A stretch of 64,000 nucleotides of DNA, from contig CAZTDN010000018.1 of NCBI GenBank assembly GCA_964611895.1, positions 6,483 to 70,482 on the forward strand, written 5' to 3'. The translations under genes and the position numbers were made by a program. The notes below the pieces were generated by a model. That model did no database searches and was not told the DNA's origin. It saw nothing but the letters and a program-made list of their open reading frames with translations. This document shows positions 47,297-57,439 of this stretch, piece after piece (the first letter of the stretch is position 1; every line of letters starts with the position of its first letter). The stretch comes from an uncultured Pseudobdellovibrionaceae bacterium (GTDB taxonomy: Bacteria > Bdellovibrionota > FAC87 > UBA2466).

Positions 47297-48571
47297 GTGG
47301 GAGAGTTTGTGAGAAGTTTTGGGCGGATCCTTTTTCTTGTTTTCTTTCTTTTACCCCTAGCAGGCCAGTCCCAAGACATCGTTTGGAACGAGGCCGGTCG
47401 GCCGCCCATCCGCCCACCCCTCGAGCTACCGAGTTGCCGCACCTTGCTTGCGCCCCATGAAATCCCCCAGGGCTCAAGCTCTCCTTCGGTCAACCAATCC
47501 GTCGGAGTAGTGCTCGCCGAAAGCATCCGGGTAGAAGACTTTAGCGCCCAGCTCGACAAACTGGTCGCCGAACGCGGACCTGAGGCGGTTATCGGTGGAC
47601 GCATCTATGTCACAGGCGTGCCCATGGGCAAAGAGAAGATCACACGCTTTCAGTTTGAAAAGGCACTCAAAGCCCGTGGATTTTACGACGTTAAAGTTAC
47701 CGTCATGTCGATTCCCACGGCAAAGTTCAAAGGCTTTTCTCTGCAAACCGCGCGCGCCGTCCTGGAACGTGTGAAATATTGGTTTCCCTCAATGGACAGA
47801 GATTACCAAACACCCCTCAGAGGCGAAGTCACCTCAGGCATCACTTCAGACATTTTGGTCGAGGCGCCCAACCTGGTCTTCCTGTTCAACTCTCTGGATA
47901 AAACTGCAGACTTTGCGCTCACCTCAGGTATCCACGCCTCGCTGATCTTGGCCTACAATGTCTGGGCCAAAGCGATAACCAACTGGGTTTTGCGCCCAGG
48001 GGGCAGTAAGGTCGCTGAGTTTCTAAAAAGCGCAGCGTTGTCGTTTCCGTTTGTGTTGAACTACGCCGTCTTCGGCCACTACTCTGATATTCACAATTTC
48101 TACTTACAAAACGGGTGGGAAGCGACTCTAGCTCGCTTTCCTGCCGAACTGGCCAATTTTGGCGCTACACAAGGGCTCACGACTTTTTTACAAGTGATGT
48201 TTTACCGAATGGTCATGGTCGAAGGACTGGGCCAATGGCAAAACAGCAAAAGCGGTGTGGAAGACTCCGAAATCGTCCGAACCGTCGCCAACGTGAACCG
48301 TGCGCCCATATTAGTGCTCGACGCGATCGCACTCTTTTACGCTAGCACCAATGCCTGGAGCCTATGGCATTATGGCGCGTTTGATCTCAACGCGGGGCAT
48401 ATCGCTCTAGCGGCGCTCGCCCTAGCGGGAAAGGCGGCCTTTTGGGCCAACCCCAACTTCCTCGACCCCACGCTACACGTCGGGAAATGGCTCGTGGGAC
48501 TGGGTCGGTATTTCAAATCTCTGGCGGTTGTTTCAGAAGAAGAAAACCCACCGCCCCCGCCAACCGAGTAA
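47297..48571 (+). CDS. Hypothetical protein (424 aa): secreted N-terminal domain plus polytopic hydrophobic C-terminal half, Pro5 tail
   Basis: Signal peptide ILFLVFFLLPLAGQSQ. At least five hydrophobic helices in the C-terminal half. Ends EENPPPPPTE. Confidence 0.45.
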   Translation: MGEFVRSFGRILFLVFFLLPLAGQSQDIVWNEAGRPPIRPPLELPSCRTLLAPHEIPQGSSSPSVNQSVGVVLAESIRVEDFSAQLDKLVAERGPEAVIGGRIYVTGVPMGKEKITRFQFEKALKARGFYDVKVTVMSIPTAKFKGFSLQTARAVLERVKYWFPSMDRDYQTPLRGEVTSGITSDILVEAPNLVFLFNSLDKTADFALTSGIHASLILAYNVWAKAITNWVLRPGGSKVAEFLKSAALSFPFVLNYAVFGHYSDIHNFYLQNGWEATLARFPAELANFGATQGLTTFLQVMFYRMVMVEGLGQWQNSKSGVEDSEIVRTVANVNRAPILVLDAIALFYASTNAWSLWHYGAFDLNAGHIALAALALAGKAAFWANPNFLDPTLHVGKWLVGLGRYFKSLAVVSEEENPPPPPTE

Positions 48572-48630
48572 CGCTTGGCACCATCGGCTGTGACGTGAGA
48601 TGATACTAGCTCCAACCAAGAGGAGCTCCC

Positions 48631-50370
48631 ATGGCCGATACATCCGACAAAAATGCCAGTTTCATGCGTTCACTTTGTCTAGGCGAAATCCGCGAAGACA
48701 TGATCTTCCCTTTTCCCCAGATCAAAGCAGAAGAAAAAGAAACCCTCAAAGCGACTTTTGATGCGTTCAGCACCTGGCTACGCGGTCGCGAGAAAGAGTT
48801 CCGGGAATGGGACGTCAAAGGCCATTTACCAGCCGAGTTTTTACAGCAGATGCGTGAGTTTGGTCTGTTCGGTTTTATTATCCCAGAAAAACACGGCGGC
48901 ATGGGATTTTCGACGTCGGCTTATTCGCGCACGATTCAAGAACTCTCTCGATTTGAATCTTCGGTTGCCCTCACCGCAGGAGCACATAGCTCCATCGGAA
49001 TGCGTGGCCTGTTGATTTTTGGTACCGAGGCCCAAAAAGACAAATACCTTCCCAAACTCGCCACCGGGGAAATGATTGCCGCTTTTTGCCTGACCGAACC
49101 CGGATCGGGGTCCGATGCGGCATCTATCAAGACCACTGCCGTGCGCAAAGGGGATAAGTGGGTCATCAATGGTGAGAAACTTTGGATCACCAATGGCGGC
49201 ATAGCGGACTTTTTTACGGTCTTTGCTCGCACGGATACCAAAGAGGGCAAGATGACAGCTTTCATTGTCACCCGCGACATGAAAGGCGTCTCCAATGGCC
49301 CCCACGAAGATAAGATGGGCATCCGCGCTAGTTCGACGACCACCATTCTATTGGACAATGTTGAAGTAGGAGACGAACACGTTCTAGACGAAGTGGGCAA
49401 AGGGTTTAAGGTTGCAATGCGTATTCTCAATGCTGGCCGCACAGGTCTGGGCGGAGGATCGGTCGGAGCGATGAAAGAAGCTATCGCTCATTGCACCAAA
49501 CAAGCCAAACAGCGCGCGCAGTTTGGCAAACCCATCGCTGAGTTTGGATTGGTGAAACAAAAAATCGGCCACATGGTCGTTGAGACATTTGCTACGGAAT
49601 CTACCGTATCGATGGTGAGCGGCCTGGTGGATCAAGGCTATGACGATTACGCAGTCGAAGCGGCGATCAGCAAAGTATTTGCCACCGAGTGCCTCTGGCG
49701 CACGGTCGACGAGGCCCTGCAGATTGCGGGGGGGAATGGTTTCATGCGCGAGTTTCCCTACGAGCGCATGATGCGGGATTGCCGCATTAACCGCATTTTT
49801 GAAGGAACGAATGAAATCCTTCGCCTGTTTATCGCTCTTACTGGCATGAATGACGTCGGCAGTGAGCTTAAGGAACTCAGCTCATCTTTGGGGAACGTTT
49901 TTTCGGATCCCATCAAAGGGTTCGGAGTGCTATCTGACTATGCTCGCAAGCGAGTTTCATACGCAACCGGAGTGGGAAAGTCTGAGCTCACCAAATCGCA
50001 CCCCGATCTCAAAAACGCGGCGATCGTCTTTAATGACGGCGCACAGCGCCTGGGAACTTTTGCGGACCGGCTATTGCGTAAGCACGGCAAAAAAATCGTC
50101 GATAGCCAATTCGCCACCCGGCGGCTGGCTGATGTGATGATCGATCTCTTTGCGCTGGGCTGTACGATTAGCCGAGTGACTTCGATGATCGAAAGCAAAG
50201 GATCTGCTGCTTGCTCCAAGGAAAAAGAAATCCTCACCGTATTCTCGGGCCAGTGCCGTCGCCGTATCAACGGCAATATCGGCAAGATCGATGAAAATGA
50301 CGATGAACTCATCAAATCTCTCGCAGACGATGCGGTGGAAGCCGAGTCCTATCGCTGGGATACTATCTAG
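48631..50370 (+). CDS. Acyl-CoA dehydrogenase, long form with ~170-aa C-terminal extension (VLCAD/ACAD9-like architecture)
   Basis: 579 aa. ACAD core with the C-terminal signature GGNGFMREFPYERMMRDCRINRIFEGTNEI, followed by an extra C-terminal domain. Confidence 0.8.
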   Translation: MADTSDKNASFMRSLCLGEIREDMIFPFPQIKAEEKETLKATFDAFSTWLRGREKEFREWDVKGHLPAEFLQQMREFGLFGFIIPEKHGGMGFSTSAYSRTIQELSRFESSVALTAGAHSSIGMRGLLIFGTEAQKDKYLPKLATGEMIAAFCLTEPGSGSDAASIKTTAVRKGDKWVINGEKLWITNGGIADFFTVFARTDTKEGKMTAFIVTRDMKGVSNGPHEDKMGIRASSTTTILLDNVEVGDEHVLDEVGKGFKVAMRILNAGRTGLGGGSVGAMKEAIAHCTKQAKQRAQFGKPIAEFGLVKQKIGHMVVETFATESTVSMVSGLVDQGYDDYAVEAAISKVFATECLWRTVDEALQIAGGNGFMREFPYERMMRDCRINRIFEGTNEILRLFIALTGMNDVGSELKELSSSLGNVFSDPIKGFGVLSDYARKRVSYATGVGKSELTKSHPDLKNAAIVFNDGAQRLGTFADRLLRKHGKKIVDSQFATRRLADVMIDLFALGCTISRVTSMIESKGSAACSKEKEILTVFSGQCRRRINGNIGKIDENDDELIKSLADDAVEAESYRWDTI

Positions 50371-50372
50371 CC

Positions 50373-50408
50373 GGTACGCGGTACCTTTTTAAAAAGGTAC
50401 CGCGTACC
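50373..50408. repeat. Canonical perfect 36-bp palindrome GGTACGCGGTACC-TTTTTAAAAA-GGTACCGCGTACC starting 3 nt after the ACAD stop
   Basis: Read directly from the sequence. Confidence 0.85.
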
Positions 50409-50461
50409 GAAATACTCGCCGAGTTGTCTTCACCCCTATTCTGATTTAGCTTGTTCCGGCA

Positions 50462-50698
50462 GTGCAAAAGCATCCAAATAACAACCCATTTGCCGGCCAA
50501 CCCGCGGGCTCCCAGTGGCAGCTAAAATCTATCGAAGGCCCGGCGGCCCTCGTAGAAAGACTCCATGAAATCGGCTTTTTGCCCGGAGAGTCTATCCGAC
50601 TCAACGGCCAAGCCCCTCTAGGAGGGCCCTGGCTAGTCGAAGTCCGCGGCACCACTCTGGCGCTGCGAGAAAACGAAGTCCTATGCCTGCGGTTTTAA
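50462..50698 (+). CDS. feoA: Ferrous iron transport protein FeoA
   Basis: 78 aa, SH3-like FeoA pattern (...LHEIGFLPGESIRL...VEVRGTTLALRENE). 16-nt overlap with feoB. Confidence 0.6.
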   Translation: MQKHPNNNPFAGQPAGSQWQLKSIEGPAALVERLHEIGFLPGESIRLNGQAPLGGPWLVEVRGTTLALRENEVLCLRF

Positions 50699-52584
50699 CC
50701 CCTCCTCTCATCGCTATCGTCGGGCCGCCAAATGCCGGAAAGACCTCACTCTTCAATGCTCTTACCGGAACGGGCAGCCAGCCAGTGAACTACCCCGGTG
50801 CCACGGTCGAGTATGCGCTGGGCACCGCGCGAAAAGCGTGGGGAGTCCCGCTTCGAATTGCCGACACCCCAGGCACTTATAGCCTGTCCCCGAAATCCCC
50901 CGAAGAACAGGTGACGTTCCAAGTGCTCTTTGGAAATGCAATCGAGAAGCCCAATGTGGTCATCGTGGTTCTGGACGGCACCCAACTTTCACGCCACATC
51001 CCCCTCGCCCGGCAAGTCATCGAAACTGGCTACCGCGTGGTGCTCGCGATCACCATGCACGATCTGCTCGCCAAGGAGGGAACCCAATTAGATCCAAAAC
51101 TGCTCTCGAAAGAACTGGGCACTCAAGCGTTTTTGATCAACGCCACACAGCCAGAATCCTTACGCGAGCTCGTACGGGAGACAGCGAGGCTTGCAGCGCA
51201 ACCCCCCTCGACCGTAATAGAACCGGCCGCCTGGTCGGCAAATCGCCTGACCACCGAGCTCCAATGGGCAGCTCGCACTCAGGAAAAAGTCGTAACAAAA
51301 GCACCTAACCTAGCTGCCAATCCCCGTTCTCTCACAGCGGAAACCCGCAAGTTGGACGCAGTTTTTCTGCATCCGGTTTGGGGGCTCGCTATTTTTACCG
51401 TCATCATGGCGGCGCTTTTTACGTCCATATTTTCGCTGGCCGCTCCCGCCATGGACTTTATCAGCGAAAGTTTTGAAAAATTTGCTGCTCTGATATTGGA
51501 GTTTGCACCCCATTCGCTCTGGGCCGATTTTCTGGCTGGCGGTATCGTCCTGAGTCTGGGAGCGATCCTGACTTTTGTCCCCCAGATCATGATACTTTTT
51601 CTTGGAATCACTCTTCTGGAAGACTCGGGTTATTTGGCGCGCGCAGCGACTTTAATAGACCGACCTCTCACTCGGCTGGGGCTCAATGGACGATCCTTCG
51701 TACCTCTGCTGTCGGGATACGCTTGCGCCATCCCCGCCATGCTGGCTGCACGCACCATTCCCAGCAAAAAAGAACGTTGGCTCACGCTCTGGGTAATCCC
51801 CCTGATGAGTTGTAGCGCGCGACTTCCGGTGTATTCCTTGCTCTTGGCGTTTTTGTTCTGGGAACAGCCTGCCTGGAAGCCAGGACTCGCATTGGCAGGG
51901 ATCTATCTACTCAGTTTGATCGTTGGGGCAGTTTCAGCCGCTGTAGTAAATCGGTGGCTCCCGCGCGAAGAGTGCTCGTTTTTCCTGATGGAGCTGCCTC
52001 TTTACCGTCGTCCGTCTCTCTCTGGCGTGTTCAAGACCGTGGCGATGCGCACGCAGAGTTATCTAAAAAAAGCCGGGCCGGCGATCTTTGTCTTTGCCAC
52101 CGCGCTTTGGGCCTTGACGACTTTTCCCAATTATCGCGCCACGGATCCCTCTGAAAAACTCCACAGCAGCTATGCCGCACAGGCTGGGCGTTGGATAAAC
52201 CCCTGGATGGAACCCATGGGAGGCGATTGGAGAACTGGGGTTTCACTGATATCCGCATTTGCTGCGCGAGAAGTTTTTGTCAGTTCTCTGGGCCTGGTCC
52301 TACAAGTTTCGGAAACAGACGAAGAGAAACGAGAGGTCTCCCTCTTGCAATCCATGCAAACCGTAAAACGTTCCGACGGCACACCTTTGTTTACAACGGC
52401 ATCCACCGCCGGCCTGATCCTATTTGTCCTCATTGCTCTTCAGTGCATGTCGACAGTCGCGGTTGCCCGAAGAGAATTTGGCGGTTGGAAAATGCCCCTG
52501 CTCCAGCTAGTCAGCTTTAACCTACTGGCGTATGCCGTCGCAGTGCTCGCCGTGCAGGGGCTGCACTTGTTAGGAGTGCAATAA
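50683..52584 (+). CDS. feoB: Ferrous iron transporter FeoB
   Basis: 633 aa. N-terminal G-domain IAIVGPPNAGKTSLFNALTG, DTPG, polytopic C-terminal permease. Confidence 0.85.
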   Translation: MPAVLTPPLIAIVGPPNAGKTSLFNALTGTGSQPVNYPGATVEYALGTARKAWGVPLRIADTPGTYSLSPKSPEEQVTFQVLFGNAIEKPNVVIVVLDGTQLSRHIPLARQVIETGYRVVLAITMHDLLAKEGTQLDPKLLSKELGTQAFLINATQPESLRELVRETARLAAQPPSTVIEPAAWSANRLTTELQWAARTQEKVVTKAPNLAANPRSLTAETRKLDAVFLHPVWGLAIFTVIMAALFTSIFSLAAPAMDFISESFEKFAALILEFAPHSLWADFLAGGIVLSLGAILTFVPQIMILFLGITLLEDSGYLARAATLIDRPLTRLGLNGRSFVPLLSGYACAIPAMLAARTIPSKKERWLTLWVIPLMSCSARLPVYSLLLAFLFWEQPAWKPGLALAGIYLLSLIVGAVSAAVVNRWLPREECSFFLMELPLYRRPSLSGVFKTVAMRTQSYLKKAGPAIFVFATALWALTTFPNYRATDPSEKLHSSYAAQAGRWINPWMEPMGGDWRTGVSLISAFAAREVFVSSLGLVLQVSETDEEKREVSLLQSMQTVKRSDGTPLFTTASTAGLILFVLIALQCMSTVAVARREFGGWKMPLLQLVSFNLLAYAVAVLAVQGLHLLGVQ

Positions 52585-52602
52585 AAAAGCGGAAGCCCGC
52601 TC
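52582..52602 (-). terminator. Putative rho-independent terminator for the minus-strand OMP gene (hairpin AGCGG-GCTT-CCGCT followed by T5 on the minus strand)
   Basis: Plus strand reads TAAAAAAGCGGAAGCCCGCT. The A-run gives the minus strand a T-tract. Overlaps the feoB stop. Confidence 0.4.
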
Positions 52603-53149
52603 AAAGTCCAAAAGCGAGACTGACGCCCATCAAAGGCGAGTTTCCACCTAAGACCAGTTCTAACGCGCCGGCTTGTGTGGTTACCTGGAAATTCAGGCCG
52701 GAATTGAAAACTAGCATCACCCGCTCGATGATTTCGAAGTGAATCCCAAACAGCGGCTGCACGTTGACATAAAACGTCCGAGCGGCCGAATTCATCGCCC
52801 CCAAACCTAGACCTGCTCCAATATGAAAGCCCTTGAGCGAATCTCCGACGAGCGTGTAGCGGTAGTTAAAACCCGCACCGATCAAAAAGGGATTGATCGT
52901 CGGCATTCCCAAATACGCCTGCAACGCAGACTTTTCCGAAAGGAGAAAAATGGCCGTAAGCCCCGGCACAGTGGCGCTCTGAGTGTAGGGAGTGTCGATA
53001 GCGCTTCCCACGTAGATAGTAGGCCGCCCGGCGGGCAACCCCGTATTCGATAATCCCCGTGCAGCGCCCTGCGCGCCAAAGCCTACGGTTAAAGCAAGAA
53101 CCAAAATCCCCGAGAACCCAGTGAATCGTTTCATGGTGTTTTCCTCCAA
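52601..53149 (-). CDS. Small outer-membrane beta-barrel protein (182 aa), hypothetical
   Basis: Signal peptide MKRFTGFSGILVLALTVGFGAQGAA. Gly/aromatic-rich alternating pattern. Confidence 0.45.
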   Translation of the reverse strand: MEENTMKRFTGFSGILVLALTVGFGAQGAARGLSNTGLPAGRPTIYVGSAIDTPYTQSATVPGLTAIFLLSEKSALQAYLGMPTINPFLIGAGFNYRYTLVGDSLKGFHIGAGLGLGAMNSAARTFYVNVQPLFGIHFEIIERVMLVFNSGLNFQVTTQAGALELVLGGNSPLMGVSLAFGL

Positions 53150-53229
53150 GAGACCGAGATTACGCTGGAATTTCGCCTTCGAACACCTAAAAACACCGAC
53201 GCGCTGCGCTGCTTTGAGCTATCAACTCA

Positions 53230-54078
53230 TTGGAGATTTATTCCGATACGACTACTGGGAGAACGCGCACCGTGGCGGATAACGATTCGAAAACCAAACC
53301 GGGTACATCACCCGGAAAAACCGAGGACACTTCGGCTTCTTACAACAAGAAGGAACCGGCCATGCCCTCACTTTCGGATCTCGCTCCCATGGAGCCGGTG
53401 TTTGAAACCGAAGCCCCACCGGAAGATCCCTCTTCGAATCAAGTCGACACACTCCGCAAGTACATCGGGCTAAAAGAAAGCGAAGCCCGGGATCTCAAAG
53501 AGCAGCAACGGCAATACCAAACCTATGTGCGAAAGCTCACGTCTGAGGTCAAGGGACTCAGCGAACAGCTAAAGAGCACAGTGGATGAACTCGAAGCCCA
53601 TAAACGCCGTTCAGAGCAAGCAAAGTCGGACCACCAAGAACTGGAAAAACGCCACAAAGAAGAACTCACACGCCTCAAAAACGAGTACGAGGAACGTTTG
53701 CGCATGACAGGCAATGTTTCCAATGAATACGAAGAGCTGAAAAAACGGCGAGAGGAATGGAAAGATAAAGTCCAAGAAGATCTCAAACGCATCAAACTCA
53801 AAGAACGTGAACTCGAAAACAAATACGAGCTGCTCAAACGCGATACCCAAGCACTGCTCGACTCCAAGGACAAACACGTCATAGAACTCAAGCGAAAGAA
53901 CGACGCGCTCGAATTAGAAATGGAAGCCCTCGAAGAAAAGCTACGCAATGCTACGCAGGGAGTTTCAGCGGTCCAAGCGAAAAAACGCCGCCTCATTGAA
54001 ACTCTCCGACTGGCCATCGCACTCCTCGAGCAACTGGACCAAGCAGACGAAACCGAAGACTCTAAAAAAGCAGGTTAA
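53230..54078 (+). CDS. Coiled-coil protein (282 aa), hypothetical
   Basis: Very K/E/R/L-rich heptad sequence through most of its length. No signal peptide. Confidence 0.4.
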   Translation: MEIYSDTTTGRTRTVADNDSKTKPGTSPGKTEDTSASYNKKEPAMPSLSDLAPMEPVFETEAPPEDPSSNQVDTLRKYIGLKESEARDLKEQQRQYQTYVRKLTSEVKGLSEQLKSTVDELEAHKRRSEQAKSDHQELEKRHKEELTRLKNEYEERLRMTGNVSNEYEELKKRREEWKDKVQEDLKRIKLKERELENKYELLKRDTQALLDSKDKHVIELKRKNDALELEMEALEEKLRNATQGVSAVQAKKRRLIETLRLAIALLEQLDQADETEDSKKAG

Positions 54079-54133
54079 CACCCCCGATTTTATTGCCAGC
54101 TCGCTCAGGCCTTCGCTACCCTACTCTTCTTTT

Positions 54134-54853
54134 ATGAAACGCGTTTGGGACTTACTTTTTATCACCCTTGCCTTGATTGCGGGAGTGTTATGGACTCTGC
54201 TTGGGGCACTGCTGTGCTTGCTTGGCTTCTCCCTGCGAGAAGACTGGGGACATTCCTGCCACCGTTTTTGGGCAAAAGGCGTGTGCGCCCTTTTTGGAAT
54301 TCGCGTCCAACCCCCCAACGGGATCCCCCAGCTGCCTTCAGGGGGAGCTATTCTCGCCCCAAACCATCAAAGTGTCTTTGACATGCCGATTCTGGGGACG
54401 CTTCCCCTGGACTTCAAATGGGTGAGCAAACAAGAAATCGGGCAATTGCCTTTTGTCGGTTGGGCCATGCGGAAAATGGGGTGTTTTTTTGTCAGTCGCA
54501 ACAATGCCGCTCAAGATCGCAATGTTTTGCATTCTGTTGAAATAGGCATTCAAGAAGGTAAAAAAGTGCTGATTTTCCCTGAGGGCACGCGTTCGACCGA
54601 TGGCCACATGTGCCCCCTGAAAAAAGGCGCTTTTCGGGTCGCGATCAACACCGGGGCCCCACTCTACCCCATCGCGATTGTGGGGAGTTTTGAGATTGCA
54701 GCCCCCCGGCGCTTGCCAGAAAAACGGGGGCATCGGGTTCAGATCCGCATTGGAAGTCCCCTGGTACGGTCCCCTGATGAAACACTCGAAATTTTTATGG
54801 AACGGTATCGAAAAGAAATGGTTCGCCTCTTGGACGAACTTAAAGCGACATAG
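54134..54853 (+). CDS. plsC: 1-acyl-sn-glycerol-3-phosphate acyltransferase
   Basis: Start moved to the Met at 54134 (N-terminal TM). HxxxxD motif in APNHQSVFD, FPEGTRS motif. Confidence 0.75.
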   Translation: MKRVWDLLFITLALIAGVLWTLLGALLCLLGFSLREDWGHSCHRFWAKGVCALFGIRVQPPNGIPQLPSGGAILAPNHQSVFDMPILGTLPLDFKWVSKQEIGQLPFVGWAMRKMGCFFVSRNNAAQDRNVLHSVEIGIQEGKKVLIFPEGTRSTDGHMCPLKKGAFRVAINTGAPLYPIAIVGSFEIAAPRRLPEKRGHRVQIRIGSPLVRSPDETLEIFMERYRKEMVRLLDELKAT

Positions 54854-54888
54854 TATGTTAGGCCATTACTTAGTATGGTAGCAAAATC

Positions 54889-57420
54889 ATGATAAACGCA
54901 TTTGCAAAAAAAATATTCGGCAGCGCCAATGACCGAGAAATCAAACGCCTTGCGCCTTTAGTTCAAAAAATCGGTTCCCTCGAAGCAGCGCTGCTCCCTT
55001 TGACTCAGGAGCAGCTGGCCGCGAAAACCGTCGAATTTCGTAGCCGGGTCGCGCAAGGGGAGCCCCTCAACAACCTTCTGCCCGAAGCTTTTGCTGTCGT
55101 TCGCGAGATGTCCAAACGCGTTTTGAAAATGCGCCACTTTGATGTCCAACTCATCGGAGGCATGGTCTTGCATAGTGGCAAAGTTGCCGAGATGAAAACC
55201 GGAGAAGGAAAAACTCTCGTCGCGACCCTGCCTGTATACCTCAACGCCTTGGAGGGCAAAGGTGTCCACGTAGTCACGGTGAACGACTACCTTGCAAAGC
55301 GGGACTCGGAATGGATGGGACAGCTCTACACAGCTCTGGGATTGTCAGTAGGCGTAATTGTCCACGGGCTAAACGACTCGCAGCGCCGACAAAACTACGC
55401 AGCGGACATTACCTACGGCACCAACAACGAGTTTGGTTTTGACTACTTGCGCGACAATATGAAGTTCCGCTTGGAGGACTTTGCGCAACGAGAGCTTAAT
55501 TTTGCGATTGTCGACGAAGTCGATTCCATCTTGATCGATGAAGCGCGAACCCCTCTTATCATCAGCGGCCCGACGGAGGACTCGACCGACAAGTACTACA
55601 CCATTAATTCCGTGATCCCGATTCTCAAAAAAGAGGAAGACTACACAATCGAGGAAAAATCGCGCTCCGCTTCGCTCACCGACGCTGGGGTGACAAAGCT
55701 AGAAAAGGCGCTTCGCGTATCGAATCTTTACGCCCCCGAAAATATGGACATTGTGCACCACGTGCACCAGGCCCTGAAGGCCCACGCGATTTTTCAGATC
55801 GACGTCGACTACGTGGTCAAAGATGGTCAGGTTATTATTGTCGATGAGTTCACCGGTCGCCTGATGCCCGGACGCCGTTACAGCGATGGGCTGCACCAGG
55901 CGCTCGAAGCCAAAGAAGGCGTCACCATCGAAAACGAAAACCAAACGCTCGCTACCATTACTTTCCAAAACTTTTTCCGCATGTACAAAAAACTTGCGGG
56001 GATGACGGGAACAGCCGACACAGAGGCGGCAGAATTTCGAAAAATCTACAACCTAGACGTCGCAGTTATCCCCACCAACAAGAAAAATATTCGCAAAGAT
56101 GCTCCCGATGTCGTTTACAAGAGCATGCGCGGAAAATTCGAAGCCGCCTGCAACGAAATTGCGGAGCTACACAGCAAAAAAATCCCCGTGCTAGCGGGAA
56201 CTGCGTCCATTGAAAAGTCCGAGCTCTTGAGTTCCTTTTTGCGAAAAAAGGGCGTCCCGCACAACGTACTCAATGCCAAGCACCACGAACGCGAGGCAGA
56301 AATCGTCGCTAATGCTGGCCAACCGGGAGCGGTGACGATCGCAACCAACATGGCGGGCCGCGGGACCGACATTGTTCTAGGGCCCGGCGTTAGCGAAATG
56401 GGCGGGCTGCACATCATTGGCACTGAGCGACATGAATCCCGTCGCATTGACAACCAGCTTCGAGGCCGTGCTGGCCGTCAGGGGGACCCTGGCTATAGCC
56501 GTTTTTACATGTCTTTGGACGACGACTTGATTCGTATTTTTAATGGCGAGCGTATAAAAGCCTATATGGAACGCTTCAAAATGGAAGAAGATGTTCCCAT
56601 TGAATCTCGCCTCATCTCGAGAGCGATCGAAAACGCTCAAAAGAAAGTCGAAGCGCATAACTTTGATATTCGCAAACACTTGCTGGAGTACGACGACGTG
56701 CTCAATAAACAGCGTGAGGTGATTTACGAGTTGCGCAAACTTATCCTCGCGGGGGGCGACGGAACCAAGAACCTCATTCTGGACATTGTCCAGGAGCAGA
56801 TTGAGACCATTGTTTCGACCTTTGCGTCCGCCAAGAACACCACCGAGTGGGAACGAACCCCTATCTCCGAGTCCATTTCCGCGCTTTTTGGAAACGCGCT
56901 CGGAATCGACGATCACTTTTGGCAAGTGACTGGCAGTTCCAAAGAGTTGGAAAAAACTCTCTTGGATCGAGCTACTGCGCTTTACGACGCTCGAGAGCGA
57001 TCCATGACCGCCCCCCTGCTTCGTCAGTTGGAGCAGATGATTTATTTAGGCTCGATCGATCAGCTATGGAAAGATCACCTGCTCAACATGGACCACCTCA
57101 AAGAGGGTGTGGGCCTGCGCGGTTACGGACAAAAAGACCCTCTGGTCGAGTACAAAAAAGAAGGTTTTACTCTGTTTAAGATGATGGACGAGCAAATTAA
57201 GACGGACGTCATTTCAAAGCTGTACCGAGTCGAGGTCACCCCGGAGAGCCACATCGAGGAAATCGCACCCAAGAAACAAGCACCTATGACGTTCTTGCAC
57301 GGAGGTTCGGATGAGCCGATGGCGCCAGCTCAGGTGACTCGGGAAGAAGACAAGGTCGGCCGAAATGACCCCTGCCCTTGCGGCAGCGGCAAAAAATATA
57401 AAAAGTGCCACGGGAAATAA
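54889..57420 (+). CDS. secA: Preprotein translocase ATPase SecA
   Basis: 843 aa. Walker [13 protein letters not shown]-like motifs, C-terminal zinc finger [14 protein letters not shown]. Confidence 0.95.
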   Translation: MINAFAKKIFGSANDREIKRLAPLVQKIGSLEAALLPLTQEQLAAKTVEFRSRVAQGEPLNNLLPEAFAVVREMSKRVLKMRHFDVQLIGGMVLHSGKVAEMKTGEGKTLVATLPVYLNALEGKGVHVVTVNDYLAKRDSEWMGQLYTALGLSVGVIVHGLNDSQRRQNYAADITYGTNNEFGFDYLRDNMKFRLEDFAQRELNFAIVDEVDSILIDEARTPLIISGPTEDSTDKYYTINSVIPILKKEEDYTIEEKSRSASLTDAGVTKLEKALRVSNLYAPENMDIVHHVHQALKAHAIFQIDVDYVVKDGQVIIVDEFTGRLMPGRRYSDGLHQALEAKEGVTIENENQTLATITFQNFFRMYKKLAGMTGTADTEAAEFRKIYNLDVAVIPTNKKNIRKDAPDVVYKSMRGKFEAACNEIAELHSKKIPVLAGTASIEKSELLSSFLRKKGVPHNVLNAKHHEREAEIVANAGQPGAVTIATNMAGRGTDIVLGPGVSEMGGLHIIGTERHESRRIDNQLRGRAGRQGDPGYSRFYMSLDDDLIRIFNGERIKAYMERFKMEEDVPIESRLISRAIENAQKKVEAHNFDIRKHLLEYDDVLNKQREVIYELRKLILAGGDGTKNLILDIVQEQIETIVSTFASAKNTTEWERTPISESISALFGNALGIDDHFWQVTGSSKELEKTLLDRATALYDARERSMTAPLLRQLEQMIYLGSIDQLWKDHLLNMDHLKEGVGLRGYGQKDPLVEYKKEGFTLFKMMDEQIKTDVISKLYRVEVTPESHIEEIAPKKQAPMTFLHGGSDEPMAPAQVTREEDKVGRNDPCPCGSGKKYKKCHGK

Positions 57421-57439
57421 ACCCAGTAGAGAGTGATAC

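Noticed and set aside
50409-50461. Searched upstream of feoA for a Fur box (GATAATGATAATCATTATC-like).
   Set aside because: Only weak AT-rich similarity (TTCTGATTTAGCTTGTT). A Fur site cannot be claimed from sequence alone.
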